From Alphaproteobacteria bacterium (GTDB lineage Bacteria; Pseudomonadota; Alphaproteobacteria; MPNO01), in contig OZ219865.1 in assembly GCA_964291675.2 (NCBI GenBank), forward strand, positions 960,001 through 1,024,000: a DNA stretch of 64,000 nucleotides, in the 5' to 3' direction. Positions 42,428 through 53,128 of the stretch are shown here, piece after piece. Position 1 is the stretch's first letter, and every line of letters starts with the position of its first letter. A model generated the notes under the pieces. That model had not been told where the DNA came from and ran no database searches. It saw only the letters and a program-made list of their open reading frames with translations. The position numbers were made by a program, and so were the translations under genes.

Positions 42428-42870
42428 GCCGCACTATTCTGCTCGACAGCGGTCCTCTCGGCTTGATCACCAACCCCAGGGCGTCGCCGCCGGCGGCGGC
42501 CTGCGGGCGGTGGGTGGTAAACGCAATTGCCGGCGGCGCGGCCGTGCTCGTGCCCGAAATCGCGGACTATGAGGTGCGGCGGGAACTCATCCGGGCGCGT
42601 CGCACGGCCGGAATCGCGCGCCTCGATGCGTTCATCGAACAGGTTGAATTCCTGCCCATCCAGACGCCGGCGATGCGTCAGGCCGCGGCTTTCTGGGCCG
42701 AGGCGCGTCGCGGGGGTCGACCGACCGCTCCCGACCCTGCACTCGACGGCGACGTGATACTTGCTGCGCAGGCGGCGACCCTGGATCGGGCCGAGGTCAT
42801 CGTAGCCACGACCAACCCGAGACATCTTTCGCGCTACGTCGCGGCCGCACTCTGGACCGACATCGTGTGA
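42424..42870 (+). CDS. PIN domain (VapC-like) nuclease
   Basis: ILLDSGPLG, PEIADYEVRREL, ALDGDVILAAQA, VATTNPRHL; GTGA overlap with upstream gene. Confidence 0.88.
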   Translation: MSRTILLDSGPLGLITNPRASPPAAACGRWVVNAIAGGAAVLVPEIADYEVRRELIRARRTAGIARLDAFIEQVEFLPIQTPAMRQAAAFWAEARRGGRPTAPDPALDGDVILAAQAATLDRAEVIVATTNPRHLSRYVAAALWTDIV

Positions 42871-43011
42871 TCTGCACACGCCACCGTACCGGGCGGACTT
42901 CAAACGGCGATCCGTTGCCTCCCCGCTCGCTCGACATTGATTTGGCCGGGAAACCGTCCATGCACTAACATTCGGCCCGGTCGGTGGAGGCAGGTCGATG
43001 GAGGCGGTCGG

Positions 43012-43626
43012 ATGATCTATCCGATCAGCTGGGCGCATGCCGCGCCGTATATCGGCGCCGCCTTCGCGCTGGCCTATCTGCTGGGCTCGATCCCGTTCGG
43101 GCTGATCCTCACCCGGCTCGCCGGGCTGGGCGACATCCGGGCGATCGGCTCGGGCAATATCGGCGCGACCAACGTGCTGAGGACGGGATCGAAGCCGCTC
43201 GCCGCGGCGACCCTCCTGCTCGATTGCGGCAAGGGGGCGGCCGCGGTGTCGATCGCCGCTTATTGGGGTCCCGACATGGCCGTCGTCGCCGCGCTCGGCG
43301 TCCTGGTCGGCCACCTGTTTCCGGTCTGGCTCCGCTTCCGCGGCGGCAAGGGGGTGGCGACCGGGCTCGGCATCCTGCTCGGGCTGTCCTGGCCGGCCGG
43401 CGCGCTCGCCTGCCTCACCTGGCTCGCGATCGCCGGCGCGAGCCGCTACTCCTCGCTGTCGGCGCTGGCCGCCTTCGGCCTCGCGCCGGTCTATCTCTGG
43501 CAGCTCGCCGATCCGCAGAAGATGGAGTTCTCGATCCTCATGGCGGTCCTGGTCTGGCTGCGCCATGCCGGCAATATCCGCCGCCTGCTGGCCCGGACCG
43601 AGCCGCGCATGGGCGGCAGCGGGTGA
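43012..43626 (+). CDS. plsY: glycerol-3-phosphate acyltransferase
   Basis: [38 protein letters not shown]. Confidence 0.96.
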   Translation: MIYPISWAHAAPYIGAAFALAYLLGSIPFGLILTRLAGLGDIRAIGSGNIGATNVLRTGSKPLAAATLLLDCGKGAAAVSIAAYWGPDMAVVAALGVLVGHLFPVWLRFRGGKGVATGLGILLGLSWPAGALACLTWLAIAGASRYSSLSALAAFGLAPVYLWQLADPQKMEFSILMAVLVWLRHAGNIRRLLARTEPRMGGSG

Positions 43627-44717
43627 CGGGGCGGGACGACCGTCTGGCCCGGCTCAGGCTCGCGCGCAGCGAGGGCGTCGGGCCGCGCACTTACGCGCAG
43701 CTCATGGCGCGCTTCGCGACCGCCGCCGAGGCGCTCGCCGCCCTCCCCGGCATGTCGGCGCGCGGCGGGCGGAGGCGGCCGCTCCGGCCCTGCCCGGAAG
43801 AGGACGCCGAGGCCGAGCTCGCCGCGCTCGACTCGCTCGGCGGGCGGATGATCTTCCCGGGCCAGCCCGACTATCCGGAGGCTCTGGCGGCGATCCCCGA
43901 CCCGCCGCCGGCGCTGTCCGTGCTGGGCGACGCTTCCCGCCTCGCCGGGCCGGCGATCGGCATGGTGGGGATGCGCAACGGCTCGGCGGTCGGGCGCAAA
44001 TTCGCCCGCGGGCTCGCCGCCGAGCTCGGCGCGGCGGGGATCGTCGTGGTGTCCGGCATGGCGCGCGGCATCGACGCCGCCGCGCATGAGGGCTCGCTCG
44101 CCACCGGCTCGGTCGCGGTGCTGGCCGGCGGGGTCGACGTACCCTACCCGCGCGAGCACGAGCCGCTCTACCGCCGCCTGGTCGAGCAGGGCGCGGCGGT
44201 CTCCGACCAGCCCCTCGGCACCGCGCCGACGGCGCGGCATTTCCCGCCGCGCAACCGGATCATCGCCGGGCTCTCGCTCGGCGTCGTGGTGGTGGAAGCC
44301 AATCTGCGGTCGGGCTCGCTGATCACCGCGCGGCTGGCCAACGAGCAGGGGCGGATCGTGTTCGCCGTGCCGGGCTCGCCGCTCGATCCGCGCGCCGCCG
44401 GACCCAACGACCTGCTGCGCCAGGGCGCGGTGCTGGTCGAGCGGGCGGACGACGTGATCGCCGCCATCGAAGGCATGGCGCGGCCCGCCCCGCCGCCGCA
44501 AGCCGCGCCCGCAAGCGCCCCCGCGGTGCCGGAGGAGGTCGACGCGGGCACCCGCTCGGTCGTGGTCGATCGTCTGGCGCACACCCCGCTGACGGTTGAC
44601 GAACTGGTTCGCGAATGCCAATTGTCTGCCGCATCGGTGCAGACCGTCCTGCTCGAGCTGGAGCTTGCGGGCCGGGTGCTGCGCCAGCCGGGGAACCGCG
44701 TTTCCCTGATAGCATGA
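43623..44717 (+). CDS. dprA: DNA-processing protein DprA
   Basis: [37 protein letters not shown]. Confidence 0.96.
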   Translation: MTGRDDRLARLRLARSEGVGPRTYAQLMARFATAAEALAALPGMSARGGRRRPLRPCPEEDAEAELAALDSLGGRMIFPGQPDYPEALAAIPDPPPALSVLGDASRLAGPAIGMVGMRNGSAVGRKFARGLAAELGAAGIVVVSGMARGIDAAAHEGSLATGSVAVLAGGVDVPYPREHEPLYRRLVEQGAAVSDQPLGTAPTARHFPPRNRIIAGLSLGVVVVEANLRSGSLITARLANEQGRIVFAVPGSPLDPRAAGPNDLLRQGAVLVERADDVIAAIEGMARPAPPPQAAPASAPAVPEEVDAGTRSVVVDRLAHTPLTVDELVRECQLSAASVQTVLLELELAGRVLRQPGNRVSLIA

Positions 44718-44793
44718 GCAAATCCCGGAGCTTTCGGGACCCCGGGATGGCCCGGCGCCACCCGGGCAAGCGGATGAGTGGGTAGCGCGCCTG

Positions 44794-47349
44794 ATGGATG
44801 TCGTCGTCGTCGAGTCGCCGACCAAGGCAAAGACCATCTCGAAATATGTCGGCCGCCGCTACGCGGTCTACGCCAGCAACGGCCATGTCCGGGACCTGCC
44901 CGAGAAGGACGGCTCGGTGAGCCCGGACGATGGGTTCGCGATGCAGTGGCAGGTGGTCCCGCGGTCGCAGAAGAACCTGTCCGCCATCGTCAAGGCGGTG
45001 AAGCGCGCGGACCGTCTCTACCTCGCGACCGACCCCGACCGCGAGGGCGAGGCGATCTCCTGGCATGTCCAGGCGGTGCTCGCCGAACAGGCGGCGCTCA
45101 AGGGCGTCGACGTGAAGCGGGTGGTGTTCCACGAGGTCACCGAGAACGCGGTCACCGAGGCGCTGAGCCATCCGCGCGAGCTCGACCAGGGGCTGGTGGA
45201 TGCCTATCTGGCGCGCCGCGCGCTCGACTACCTGGTGGGCTTCACCCTCTCGCCGGTGCTGTGGCGCAAGCTGCCGGGCGCCCGCTCCGCCGGCCGCGTG
45301 CAATCGGTCGCGCTCCGCCTGATCTGCGAGCGCGAGGCGGAGATCGAGGTCTTCAGGCCGCGCGAATACTGGTCGATCGAGGCCGAGTTCCTGACCGCGC
45401 GCAAGGCGCCGGTGGCGGCCCGGCTGACCCATCTGGAGGGCGCGAAGCTCGACCGCTACGGCATCCCCGACGAGGCCGCGGCGAAGGCGGCGCTGGCGGA
45501 GATCGAGCGTCACGCCTACGGCGTCGCGGCGATCGAGAAGAAGCGGGTCCGGCGCAACCCGCAGCCGCCCTTCACCACCTCGACGCTGCAGCAGGAGGCC
45601 TCGCGCAAGCTCGGCTTCAGCGCGTCCCGGACCATGCGCATCGCCCAGCATCTGTACGAGGGGGTCGACCTCGGCGGCGAGACCGTCGGGCTGATCACCT
45701 ATATGCGCACCGACAGCATCAACCTCGCCGACGAGGCGCGCCAGGCGATGCGGCGCCTGATCGAGACCGAGTACGGGCCGTCCTACGTTCCCGAACGTCC
45801 GCACCGGTTCCGCTCGCGCGCGCGCAACGCGCAGGAGGCGCATGAGGCGATCCGCCCGACCGACGTGGGCCGCCGCCCGTCCGCGGTCGCCGGCGCGCTC
45901 GGCCGCGACGAGCACCGGCTCTACGAGCTGATCTGGACCCGCGCGGTGGCGAGCCAGATGGCGAGCGCCGCCCTCGAACAGGTCGCCGTCGACATCGCCT
46001 CGGCCGACCGCTCGGTGGTGTTCCGCGCCACCGGCCAGGTGGTGCTGTTCGACGGCTTCCTCAGGCTCTACGAGGAGGGGCGGGACGACGCGGCGGAGAA
46101 CGGCAAGGAGCGCATCCTGCCGCCGATGGCAGAGGGCGAAGACCTCGAGCGCGGCAAGTGCCTCCCCGAACAGCACTTCACCAAGCCGCCGCCGCGCTAT
46201 ACCGAGGCGAGCCTGGTGCGCCGGCTGGAGGAGCTCGGCATCGGCCGGCCGTCGACCTACGCCAAGATCCTGAGCGTGCTGCAGGAACGCGACTATGTCC
46301 GGCTGGAGAGCCGGCGCTTCGTGCCGGAGGACCGCGGCCGCATGGTCACCGCCTTCCTGTCGGGGTTCTTCAGCCGCTACGTCCAGTACAACTTCACCGC
46401 GGAGCTGGAGGACCGGCTCGACGGCATCGCCAGGGGGGAGCTCGAGTGGCGCGCGGTGCTGGAGGAGTTCTGGCGCGGCTTCTCGGCCGCGGTGGGCGAG
46501 ACCAGGGAGCTCACCATCAGCGAGGTGATCGACGCGCTCGATGAGGATCTGGGCCCGCATTTCTTCCCGGCCGGGGGCGGGGACGCGCCCGATCCGCGCA
46601 AATGCCCGGCCTGCGCCGGCGGCCGGCTGGGGCTCAAGCTCGGCCGCGGCGGCGGGTTCATCGGCTGTTCCAACTACCCCGAATGCGGCTTCACCCGCCC
46701 GCTCACCGTCAACCCGGAGGACGGCGAGGGCCTGGCCGGTCCGCGCACGCTCGGCGAGCAACCCGGGACCGGCGAGGCGGTGACGCTGCGCAAGGGCCCC
46801 TACGGGTTCTACGTGCAGGCCGGCGAGGGCAAGGGCAAGCAGAAGCCGAAGCGCTCCTCGCTGCTCAAGTCGATGGCTCCCGACGAGGTCACGCTGGAGC
46901 AGGCGCTGGCGCTGCTCGCGCTGCCGCGCGATGTCGGCGCGCACCCGACGACGGGCAAGACGATCGCCGCCGGTCTCGGCCGCTACGGCCCCTATCTCCG
47001 CCATGACGGAAGCTACACCTCGCTCGGCCCGGACGAGGACCTGCTGACCATCGGCCTCAACCGCGCCGTCGCCCTGATCGACGAGTCGTCGAAGCGGGCC
47101 CGGCCGGCGGCGCTGCGCACGCTGGGCGACCATCCGGCCGACGGCAAGCCGGTCGAGATCCGCTCCGGCCGCTTCGGCCCCTATGTCAAGCACGGGCGGA
47201 CCAACGCCTCGCTGCCGAAGGGCGAGGACGTGGATACCGTCACGATGGAGACCGCGCTCGCGCTGCTCGCCGCGCGGGCGGCCAAGGGCGGCGGGTCGCG
47301 GCGCGGGACGGGGCGCGGCAAGAAAAAGACCGGACCGGGCGAAGCGTGA
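44794..47349 (+). CDS. topA: DNA topoisomerase I
   Basis: VVESPTKAKTI, ATDPDREGEAI, SAGRVQS, ITYMRTD, GIGRPSTY. Confidence 0.98.
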   Translation: MDVVVVESPTKAKTISKYVGRRYAVYASNGHVRDLPEKDGSVSPDDGFAMQWQVVPRSQKNLSAIVKAVKRADRLYLATDPDREGEAISWHVQAVLAEQAALKGVDVKRVVFHEVTENAVTEALSHPRELDQGLVDAYLARRALDYLVGFTLSPVLWRKLPGARSAGRVQSVALRLICEREAEIEVFRPREYWSIEAEFLTARKAPVAARLTHLEGAKLDRYGIPDEAAAKAALAEIERHAYGVAAIEKKRVRRNPQPPFTTSTLQQEASRKLGFSASRTMRIAQHLYEGVDLGGETVGLITYMRTDSINLADEARQAMRRLIETEYGPSYVPERPHRFRSRARNAQEAHEAIRPTDVGRRPSAVAGALGRDEHRLYELIWTRAVASQMASAALEQVAVDIASADRSVVFRATGQVVLFDGFLRLYEEGRDDAAENGKERILPPMAEGEDLERGKCLPEQHFTKPPPRYTEASLVRRLEELGIGRPSTYAKILSVLQERDYVRLESRRFVPEDRGRMVTAFLSGFFSRYVQYNFTAELEDRLDGIARGELEWRAVLEEFWRGFSAAVGETRELTISEVIDALDEDLGPHFFPAGGGDAPDPRKCPACAGGRLGLKLGRGGGFIGCSNYPECGFTRPLTVNPEDGEGLAGPRTLGEQPGTGEAVTLRKGPYGFYVQAGEGKGKQKPKRSSLLKSMAPDEVTLEQALALLALPRDVGAHPTTGKTIAAGLGRYGPYLRHDGSYTSLGPDEDLLTIGLNRAVALIDESSKRARPAALRTLGDHPADGKPVEIRSGRFGPYVKHGRTNASLPKGEDVDTVTMETALALLAARAAKGGGSRRGTGRGKKKTGPGEA

Positions 47350-47365
47350 GCGACCGGCGGCGACC

Positions 47366-49312
47366 TTGAGGCGCAGGAAGGGCACGGCGCGCCGGTCCGC
47401 GCGTTCGGGCGCGGGCGGGCTGCCCCCGGTCGCCGTGCTGGAGGTGATCGAGGTCGACGACGACGGCGTCGCCCGGGCGCGGCCGGCCGGCGGCGCCGGG
47501 GAGATATCCGTCGAGCTGCCGCCCGACGGCCGCGCCGGTCCGGCGCCCGGCGCGGGCGACCGCATCCTCGCGCGGATCGAGGAGCGCGGACCGGGTTCGT
47601 ATCGCGCGCGCATCATCCGGCGCCTGCCGCGGGTGGAAGACCGGACCGTGCTCGGCATCTTCCGCCGGGTCGCGGGGGGCGGCCGGCTGGAGCCGACCAG
47701 CCGGCGCGTCAAGACCGCGTTCGCGATATCCAACCGCGACAGCGACGGCGCGAGGCCCGGCGAGCTGGTGCGGGCGGAGACCGTTCCCGGCCGCCGCCTC
47801 GGCCTGCCCCGGGCGCGGGTTATCGAGCGCCTCGGCCGCGCGCCGCCGCACCGGTCGGCCAGCCTGATCGCGATCGCCGAGCACGGCATCCCCGACCGCT
47901 TCCCGGACGAGGCGCTGGCCGAGGCGAAGGCCGCCGGGCCCGCGCCGCCGGGCCGGCGCGAGGATCTGCGCGACATCCCGCTGGTGACCATCGACGACGA
48001 GAGCGCGCGGGATTTCGACGACGCGATCTGGGCCGAGCCCGATCCCGGCGGCGGGTTTCACCTGATCGTCGCGATCGCCGACGTCGCCTGGTATGTCCGC
48101 CCCGGCTCCGCGCTCGACGGGACGGCGCGGCTGCGCGGCAACTCGGTCTACTTCCCCGACCGGGTGGTGCCGATGCTGCCCGAGGCGCTGTCGAACGGCT
48201 GGTGCTCGCTGGTGCCGGGCGAGGACCGCCCCTGCCTCGCCGTCCATCTGTGGATCGACGGAGACGGGCGCAAGCGCGACCACCGCTTCGTCCGCGGGTC
48301 GATGCGCTCGGCCGCGCGGCTGACCTATGGCGGGGTGCAGGCGGCGATCGAGGGGGAGCGCACGCCGCACCCGGCGGCGATCGAGGCCTGCCACGGGGCC
48401 TTTCGGGCGCTGACGCTGGCGCGCCGCGCCCGCGGCACGATCGACCTCGACATCCCCGAACGCCGGATCGATTTCGCGGACGACGGCACGATCGCCTCGA
48501 TCGAGCGCCGCCCGGCGCTCGATTCCCACCGGCTGATCGAGGAGTTCATGATCGCCGCCAACGTCGCCGCGGCGGAGACGCTGGAGCAGGCGGGCGCGAC
48601 CTGCGTCTACCGCGTCCATGACAGCCCCGACGAGGGCCGCGTCGAGGAGCTGCGCAAGGTCCTGGCGAGCCTCGACCTCGACCTGCCGCGCGGCGGGGTC
48701 CTGCGCGCGAGCCATTTCACCCGCCTGCTGCAACGGGTGGCCGGCACGCCGGAAGCGGAGCCGGTCTCCGAGGCGATCCTGAGAGCGCAGGCGCAGGCCG
48801 CCTACGGCACCGCCAATATCGGCCATTTCGGGCTCGCGCTCCGCCGCTACGCCCATTTCACCTCGCCGATCCGCCGCTATGCCGACCTCATGGTCCACCG
48901 CGCGCTGATCGCCGCCTGCGGGCTGGGCGAAGGCGGGCTCGACGGCGCGCGGGAGCAGGCGGCAGCGACGGCGAAGCACATATCCGGGACCGAGCGCCGC
49001 GCCGCCGCGGCGGAACGCGACGCCACGGACCGGCTCTGCGCGCTCTACCTCGCCGACCGGGTGGGCGGCGAGTTCGCCGCGCGGATCACGGGCATCGCCC
49101 GCGCCGGCCTGTTCGTCAGGCTGGAGGAGACCGGCGCCAGCGCCCTGGTACCGCTCTCCAGCCTGCCCTTCGGGCCGCTGCGCGTCGACCGGTCCGGCCT
49201 GCGCCTGACCGACCGCGGCGGCACCACCGTCGCGCGGCTCGGCGATGCGCTCCGGGTGCGGCTGGCCGAGGCCTACAAGTCCACCGGATCGCTGGTCTGC
49301 GAGGTGGTGTGA
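47366..49312 (+). CDS. rnr: ribonuclease R
   Basis: TIDDESARDFDDA, LIEEFMIAAN, HFTSPIRRYADL, S1 domain; start uncertain (TTG 47366). Confidence 0.9.
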   Translation: MRRRKGTARRSARSGAGGLPPVAVLEVIEVDDDGVARARPAGGAGEISVELPPDGRAGPAPGAGDRILARIEERGPGSYRARIIRRLPRVEDRTVLGIFRRVAGGGRLEPTSRRVKTAFAISNRDSDGARPGELVRAETVPGRRLGLPRARVIERLGRAPPHRSASLIAIAEHGIPDRFPDEALAEAKAAGPAPPGRREDLRDIPLVTIDDESARDFDDAIWAEPDPGGGFHLIVAIADVAWYVRPGSALDGTARLRGNSVYFPDRVVPMLPEALSNGWCSLVPGEDRPCLAVHLWIDGDGRKRDHRFVRGSMRSAARLTYGGVQAAIEGERTPHPAAIEACHGAFRALTLARRARGTIDLDIPERRIDFADDGTIASIERRPALDSHRLIEEFMIAANVAAAETLEQAGATCVYRVHDSPDEGRVEELRKVLASLDLDLPRGGVLRASHFTRLLQRVAGTPEAEPVSEAILRAQAQAAYGTANIGHFGLALRRYAHFTSPIRRYADLMVHRALIAACGLGEGGLDGAREQAAATAKHISGTERRAAAAERDATDRLCALYLADRVGGEFAARITGIARAGLFVRLEETGASALVPLSSLPFGPLRVDRSGLRLTDRGGTTVARLGDALRVRLAEAYKSTGSLVCEVV

Positions 49313-49335
49313 CGGATCGGGATTCGGGTGAGCAT

Positions 49336-49369
49336 GGACCCTTTGTAGCCATTCGGCTACAAAGGGTCC
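49336..49369. promoter_or_regulatory. perfect 15-bp inverted repeat (operator and/or terminator)
   Basis: GGACCCTTTGTAGCC-ATTC-GGCTACAAAGGGTCC. Confidence 0.7.
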
Positions 49370-49397
49370 GGTCGCACGAAACCCGTAGGTGGGCACC

Positions 49398-49733
49398 ATG
49401 ACCAGGACCGTCGCTTCGCCCTACGACGTCGCCGAGCACCTCCGCACCCCGGAGGAGATGGCGGCCTATCTGGACGCCTGCATGGAGGAAGCCGGGGACG
49501 ATGCGGCGTTCGTCGCCAAGGCGCTCGGCGACATCGTCCGCGCCCGGGGCATGACGCAGATCGCCTGCGATGCCGGCCGGTCCCGCGAAAGCCTCTACAA
49601 GGCGCTTTCGGGGGACCGCAATCCCAGGCTGGACACGGTTCTGAGGGTGGTCGGCGCGCTGGGGCTGAGGCTGCGCGCCGAACCGGGGCCCGTTTCGGAG
49701 CCGGCCGGCGAGGCCGCGTCCGCGGGCCGCTGA
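49398..49733 (+). CDS. addiction-module antidote protein (HI1420-like HTH), orphan
   Basis: YDVAEHLRTPEEMAAYL, ALGDIVRARGM, SRESLYKALS...NPRLDT. Confidence 0.9.
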   Translation: MTRTVASPYDVAEHLRTPEEMAAYLDACMEEAGDDAAFVAKALGDIVRARGMTQIACDAGRSRESLYKALSGDRNPRLDTVLRVVGALGLRLRAEPGPVSEPAGEAASAGR

Positions 49734-49750
49734 GATCGCCGGCCCCGCCC

Positions 49751-49778
49751 TTGACAGGCGGCTTCCCTCCCCTATCTT
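49751..49778 (+). promoter_or_regulatory. sigma70-like promoter of rpmG
   Basis: TTGACA-N16-TATCTT. Confidence 0.55.
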
Positions 49779-49814
49779 GCGCCGCAGACCGAGGGGCCCG
49801 CAGAGAGCATCGCC

Positions 49815-49982
49815 ATGGCCAAGCCGACCACGACCCTGATCAAGCTGGTGAGCACCGCGGACACCGGCTACTACTACATCGCCAAGAAGAACACCCGGAC
49901 GACGACCGGCAAGCTCGAGTTCCGCAAATACGACCCGGTCGCGCGCAAGCACGTCCCGTTCAAGGAAGCCAAGATCAAGTAG
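49815..49982 (+). CDS. rpmG: 50S ribosomal protein L33
   Basis: Manual translation [55 protein letters not shown] (below ORF-track size cut-off). Confidence 0.97.
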   Translation: MAKPTTTLIKLVSTADTGYYYIAKKNTRTTTGKLEFRKYDPVARKHVPFKEAKIK

Positions 49983-49998
49983 CCGGGCCCCGCCCGGC

Positions 49999-51792
49999 TC
50001 ACGGCTTCGCCGCCTCGCTTCCCGGCGGCGGCGCGATTCGGAGCGACAGCTCGCGCAGCCGGTCCTCGGGCACCGGGGCGGGCGATTGCATCATCAGGTC
50101 CTGCGCCTGCTGGTTCATCGGGAACAGCACGACCTCGCGGATATTGGGCTCGTCGGCGAGCAGCATCACGATGCGGTCGATGCCGGGCGCCGACCCGCCA
50201 TGCGGCGGCGCGCCGAAGCGCAGCGCGTTCAGCATCCCGCCGAACCGCGCCTCGACCTCGTCGCGCCCGTAGCCGGCGATCTCGAACGCCTTGTACATGA
50301 TGTCCGGGCGGTGGTTGCGGATCGCGCCGCTGGAGAGCTCGACCCCGTTGCAGACGATGTCGTACTGAAAGGCGAGGATCGACAGCGGGTCCCTGGTCTC
50401 CAGCGCCTCCAGCCCGCCCTGCGGCATCGAGAACGGGTTGTGCGAGAACTCGATCCCGCCGGTGCGCTCGTCGCGCTCGTACATCGGGTAGTCGACGATC
50501 CAGCAGAACCGGAACTGCCCCTCCTCGATCAGGCCGAGCTCGTCGCCGATGCGGCTCCGCGCGAGCCCGGCGAAGCGCGCCGCCCGGTCCTCCGCGCCGC
50601 AGCTGAAGAACACCGCATCGCCGTCGCCGGCGCCGGTCGCCTCGCGTAGCGCCGCCATGCGGGGGGCGTCGAGGAACCGCGCGATGGGTCCCTTGGCCTC
50701 GCCGCCCTCGAACACGATATAGCCGAGCCCGCCGGCGCCCTCGTCGCGCGCCCAGTCGTTCAGCCGGTCGAAGAAGCTGCGCGGGCGCGCCGCCGCCCCG
50801 GGCGCCGGGATGGCGCGCACCACCGCGCCCTTGTCGATCTGGCGGGCGAAGATCTTGAAATCGGTGCCGCGCCAGATATCGGTCGCCTCGGCGATCCTGA
50901 TCGGGTTGCGCAAATCGGGCTTGTCGCTGCCATAGGCGAGCATCGCCTCGGCATAGGCGATGCGCGGAAACGGCGGCGGCGTTACCGGGCGGCCCGCGGC
51001 GAACTCGTCGAACACGCCGTACAGCACCGGCTCCAGCGCGGCGAACACGTCCTCCTGGGTGACGAAGGACATCTCGAAATCGAGCTGATAGAACTCGCCC
51101 GGCGAGCGGTCGGCGCGCGCGTCCTCGTCGCGGAAGCACGGCGCGATCTGGAAGTAGCGGTCGAACCCGGCCGCCATGATGAGCTGCTTGAACTGCTGCG
51201 GCGCCTGGGGCAGGGCGTAGAAGCTGCCGGGATGGAGCCGGCTGGGCACCAGGAAATCGCGCGCGCCCTCGGGGCTCGCGGCGCTCAGGATCGGGGTCTG
51301 GAACTCGGTGAACCCTCCCTCGACCATGCGCCGGCGGATGCTCTGGATGACCGCCGAGCGGAGCACGATGTTGCGCTGCATCCTGTCGCGCCGGAGGTCG
51401 AGGAAGCGGTAGCGCAGCCGGATCTCCTCGCCGTAATCGCGGTCGCTGTTGACCTCGAGCGGCAGCGGGTCGGCATGCGCCTGCACCTCGAACGCCTCGA
51501 TCGACAGCTCGACCTCGCCGGTGGGCAGCTCCGGGTTCACGGTGTCGGCGCTGCGCTCGACCACAATGCCGGTCGCGGTGACGACGGCCTCCAGCCGGAT
51601 GGCCTCGACCTCGGCGAAGATCGGGCTGGTCGAATCGATCACGCACTGGGTCAGCCCGTAATGGTCCCGCAGGTCGATGAACAACAGATTCCCGTGGTCG
51701 CGCTTGCGGTGGACCCAGCCCGAAAGCCGGGCCCGGCGGCCCTCATGCGCGCGCCTCAGCTCACCGCATGTGTGTGTGCGATAGGCGTGCAT
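49999..51792 (-). CDS. aspS: aspartate--tRNA ligase
   Basis: [41 protein letters not shown]. Confidence 0.97.
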   Translation of the reverse strand: MHAYRTHTCGELRRAHEGRRARLSGWVHRKRDHGNLLFIDLRDHYGLTQCVIDSTSPIFAEVEAIRLEAVVTATGIVVERSADTVNPELPTGEVELSIEAFEVQAHADPLPLEVNSDRDYGEEIRLRYRFLDLRRDRMQRNIVLRSAVIQSIRRRMVEGGFTEFQTPILSAASPEGARDFLVPSRLHPGSFYALPQAPQQFKQLIMAAGFDRYFQIAPCFRDEDARADRSPGEFYQLDFEMSFVTQEDVFAALEPVLYGVFDEFAAGRPVTPPPFPRIAYAEAMLAYGSDKPDLRNPIRIAEATDIWRGTDFKIFARQIDKGAVVRAIPAPGAAARPRSFFDRLNDWARDEGAGGLGYIVFEGGEAKGPIARFLDAPRMAALREATGAGDGDAVFFSCGAEDRAARFAGLARSRIGDELGLIEEGQFRFCWIVDYPMYERDERTGGIEFSHNPFSMPQGGLEALETRDPLSILAFQYDIVCNGVELSSGAIRNHRPDIMYKAFEIAGYGRDEVEARFGGMLNALRFGAPPHGGSAPGIDRIVMLLADEPNIREVVLFPMNQQAQDLMMQSPAPVPEDRLRELSLRIAPPPGSEAAKP

Positions 51793-51936
51793 CGGTCTTC
51801 TCTTCCGGTTTCTGCGGGGTTGCCCGGCGGTCGCCAAAGCGGGCGCAAGAGCGCACGGGCGGGGGCGTTTGTCAAGCGAGCGGCGGGCCGCCGGGTCCGC
51901 TTTTCGGCTCATGCGAAAGCGTGTATAGACCCGGCC

Positions 51937-53091
51937 ATGCATCTCATCGCCGATACCGGGTCGCTTCGCGCTCTCTGCGACCGGCTCGCGGCCTCGCGCT
52001 ACATCACCGTCGACACCGAGTTCCTGCGCGACAGCACGTACTGGCCGCGGCTTTGCCTGGTCCAGCTCGCCTCGCTGGACGAGGCGGCGGCGGTCGATGC
52101 GCTGGCGCCCGGCATCGACCTCGCGCCGCTGCTCGCCCTGATGCGCAACCGGGCGGTGCTCAAGGTGTTCCACGCCGCGCGCCAGGACATCGAGATCTTC
52201 TACCACCTCGACGGAAGCGTGCCGGAGCCGGTCTTCGATACCCAGATCGCGGCGATGGTCTGCGGCTTCGGCGACCAGGCGAGCTACGAGCGGCTGGCGG
52301 CCAAGCTGGCGCGCGCCTCGATCGACAAGACGCAGCGCTTCACCGACTGGTCGCGCCGGCCGCTCAGCCGCAAGATGTACGATTACGCGATCTCCGACGT
52401 GACCCATCTGCGCGCGGTCTACGAGAGGCTCGCGTCCCGGCTGGAGCGCGACGGGCGCGCGGGCTGGCTTGCCGAGGAGATGGCGTCGCTCACCGATCCG
52501 GCGACCTACCGCCTCGATCCGGCGGAGGCCTGGCTCCGGGTCAAGACGCGGCTCGGCAAGCCGCGCCAGCTCGCGGTGCTGCGCGACATCGCGGCGTGGC
52601 GCGAGGCCGAGGCGCAGCGGCGCGACGTGCCGCGCAACCGGGTGCTGCGCGACGAGGCGCTGAACGACATCGCGGCGCAGCAGCCCAAGACCCGGGAAGA
52701 GCTGTGGAATCTGCGCAGCCTCGGCCGCGGCCATATCGGCAAGGCGGCCGCGGACGTCGTGCTCGAGGTCGTCGCAGCGGCCAAGGCCGCGCCCGCCTCG
52801 ACCTGGCCCGAGCCGCGCAAGCCGCGCCCGGCCGGCAACAACGCCGGCCCCGCCGCCGACCTCCTGAAGGTGCTGCTCAAGCTGCGCTGCGAGGAGAACG
52901 GGGTGGCCCAGAAGCTGGTCGCCAGCGCGGAGGACATCGAGGCCATCGCGCGCGACGACGGTGCCGAGGTGCGGGCGCTCAAAGGCTGGCGCCGGGAGAT
53001 CTTCGGCAGGGACGCGCTCGCCCTCAAGCACGGCGAGATCGCGCTCGCGATGGAGAACGGCGGCATCAGGGTGATCGCCGGCGCGGGGTGA
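51937..53091 (+). CDS. rnd: ribonuclease D
   Basis: [36 protein letters not shown] domain. Confidence 0.96.
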   Translation: MHLIADTGSLRALCDRLAASRYITVDTEFLRDSTYWPRLCLVQLASLDEAAAVDALAPGIDLAPLLALMRNRAVLKVFHAARQDIEIFYHLDGSVPEPVFDTQIAAMVCGFGDQASYERLAAKLARASIDKTQRFTDWSRRPLSRKMYDYAISDVTHLRAVYERLASRLERDGRAGWLAEEMASLTDPATYRLDPAEAWLRVKTRLGKPRQLAVLRDIAAWREAEAQRRDVPRNRVLRDEALNDIAAQQPKTREELWNLRSLGRGHIGKAAADVVLEVVAAAKAAPASTWPEPRKPRPAGNNAGPAADLLKVLLKLRCEENGVAQKLVASAEDIEAIARDDGAEVRALKGWRREIFGRDALALKHGEIALAMENGGIRVIAGAG

Positions 53092-53128
53092 GGCGCCGCC
53101 CGGGGCGCCGCTTCCGGCCCCGACGGGA

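Noticed and set aside
44323-47991. Very long antisense and alternative-frame ORFs (1222 aa here; also 19233-22274, 13074-14579, 61459-63681)
   Set aside because: Shadow ORFs of well-supported genes; expected in high-GC DNA, Arg/Pro/Ala-rich, no motifs.
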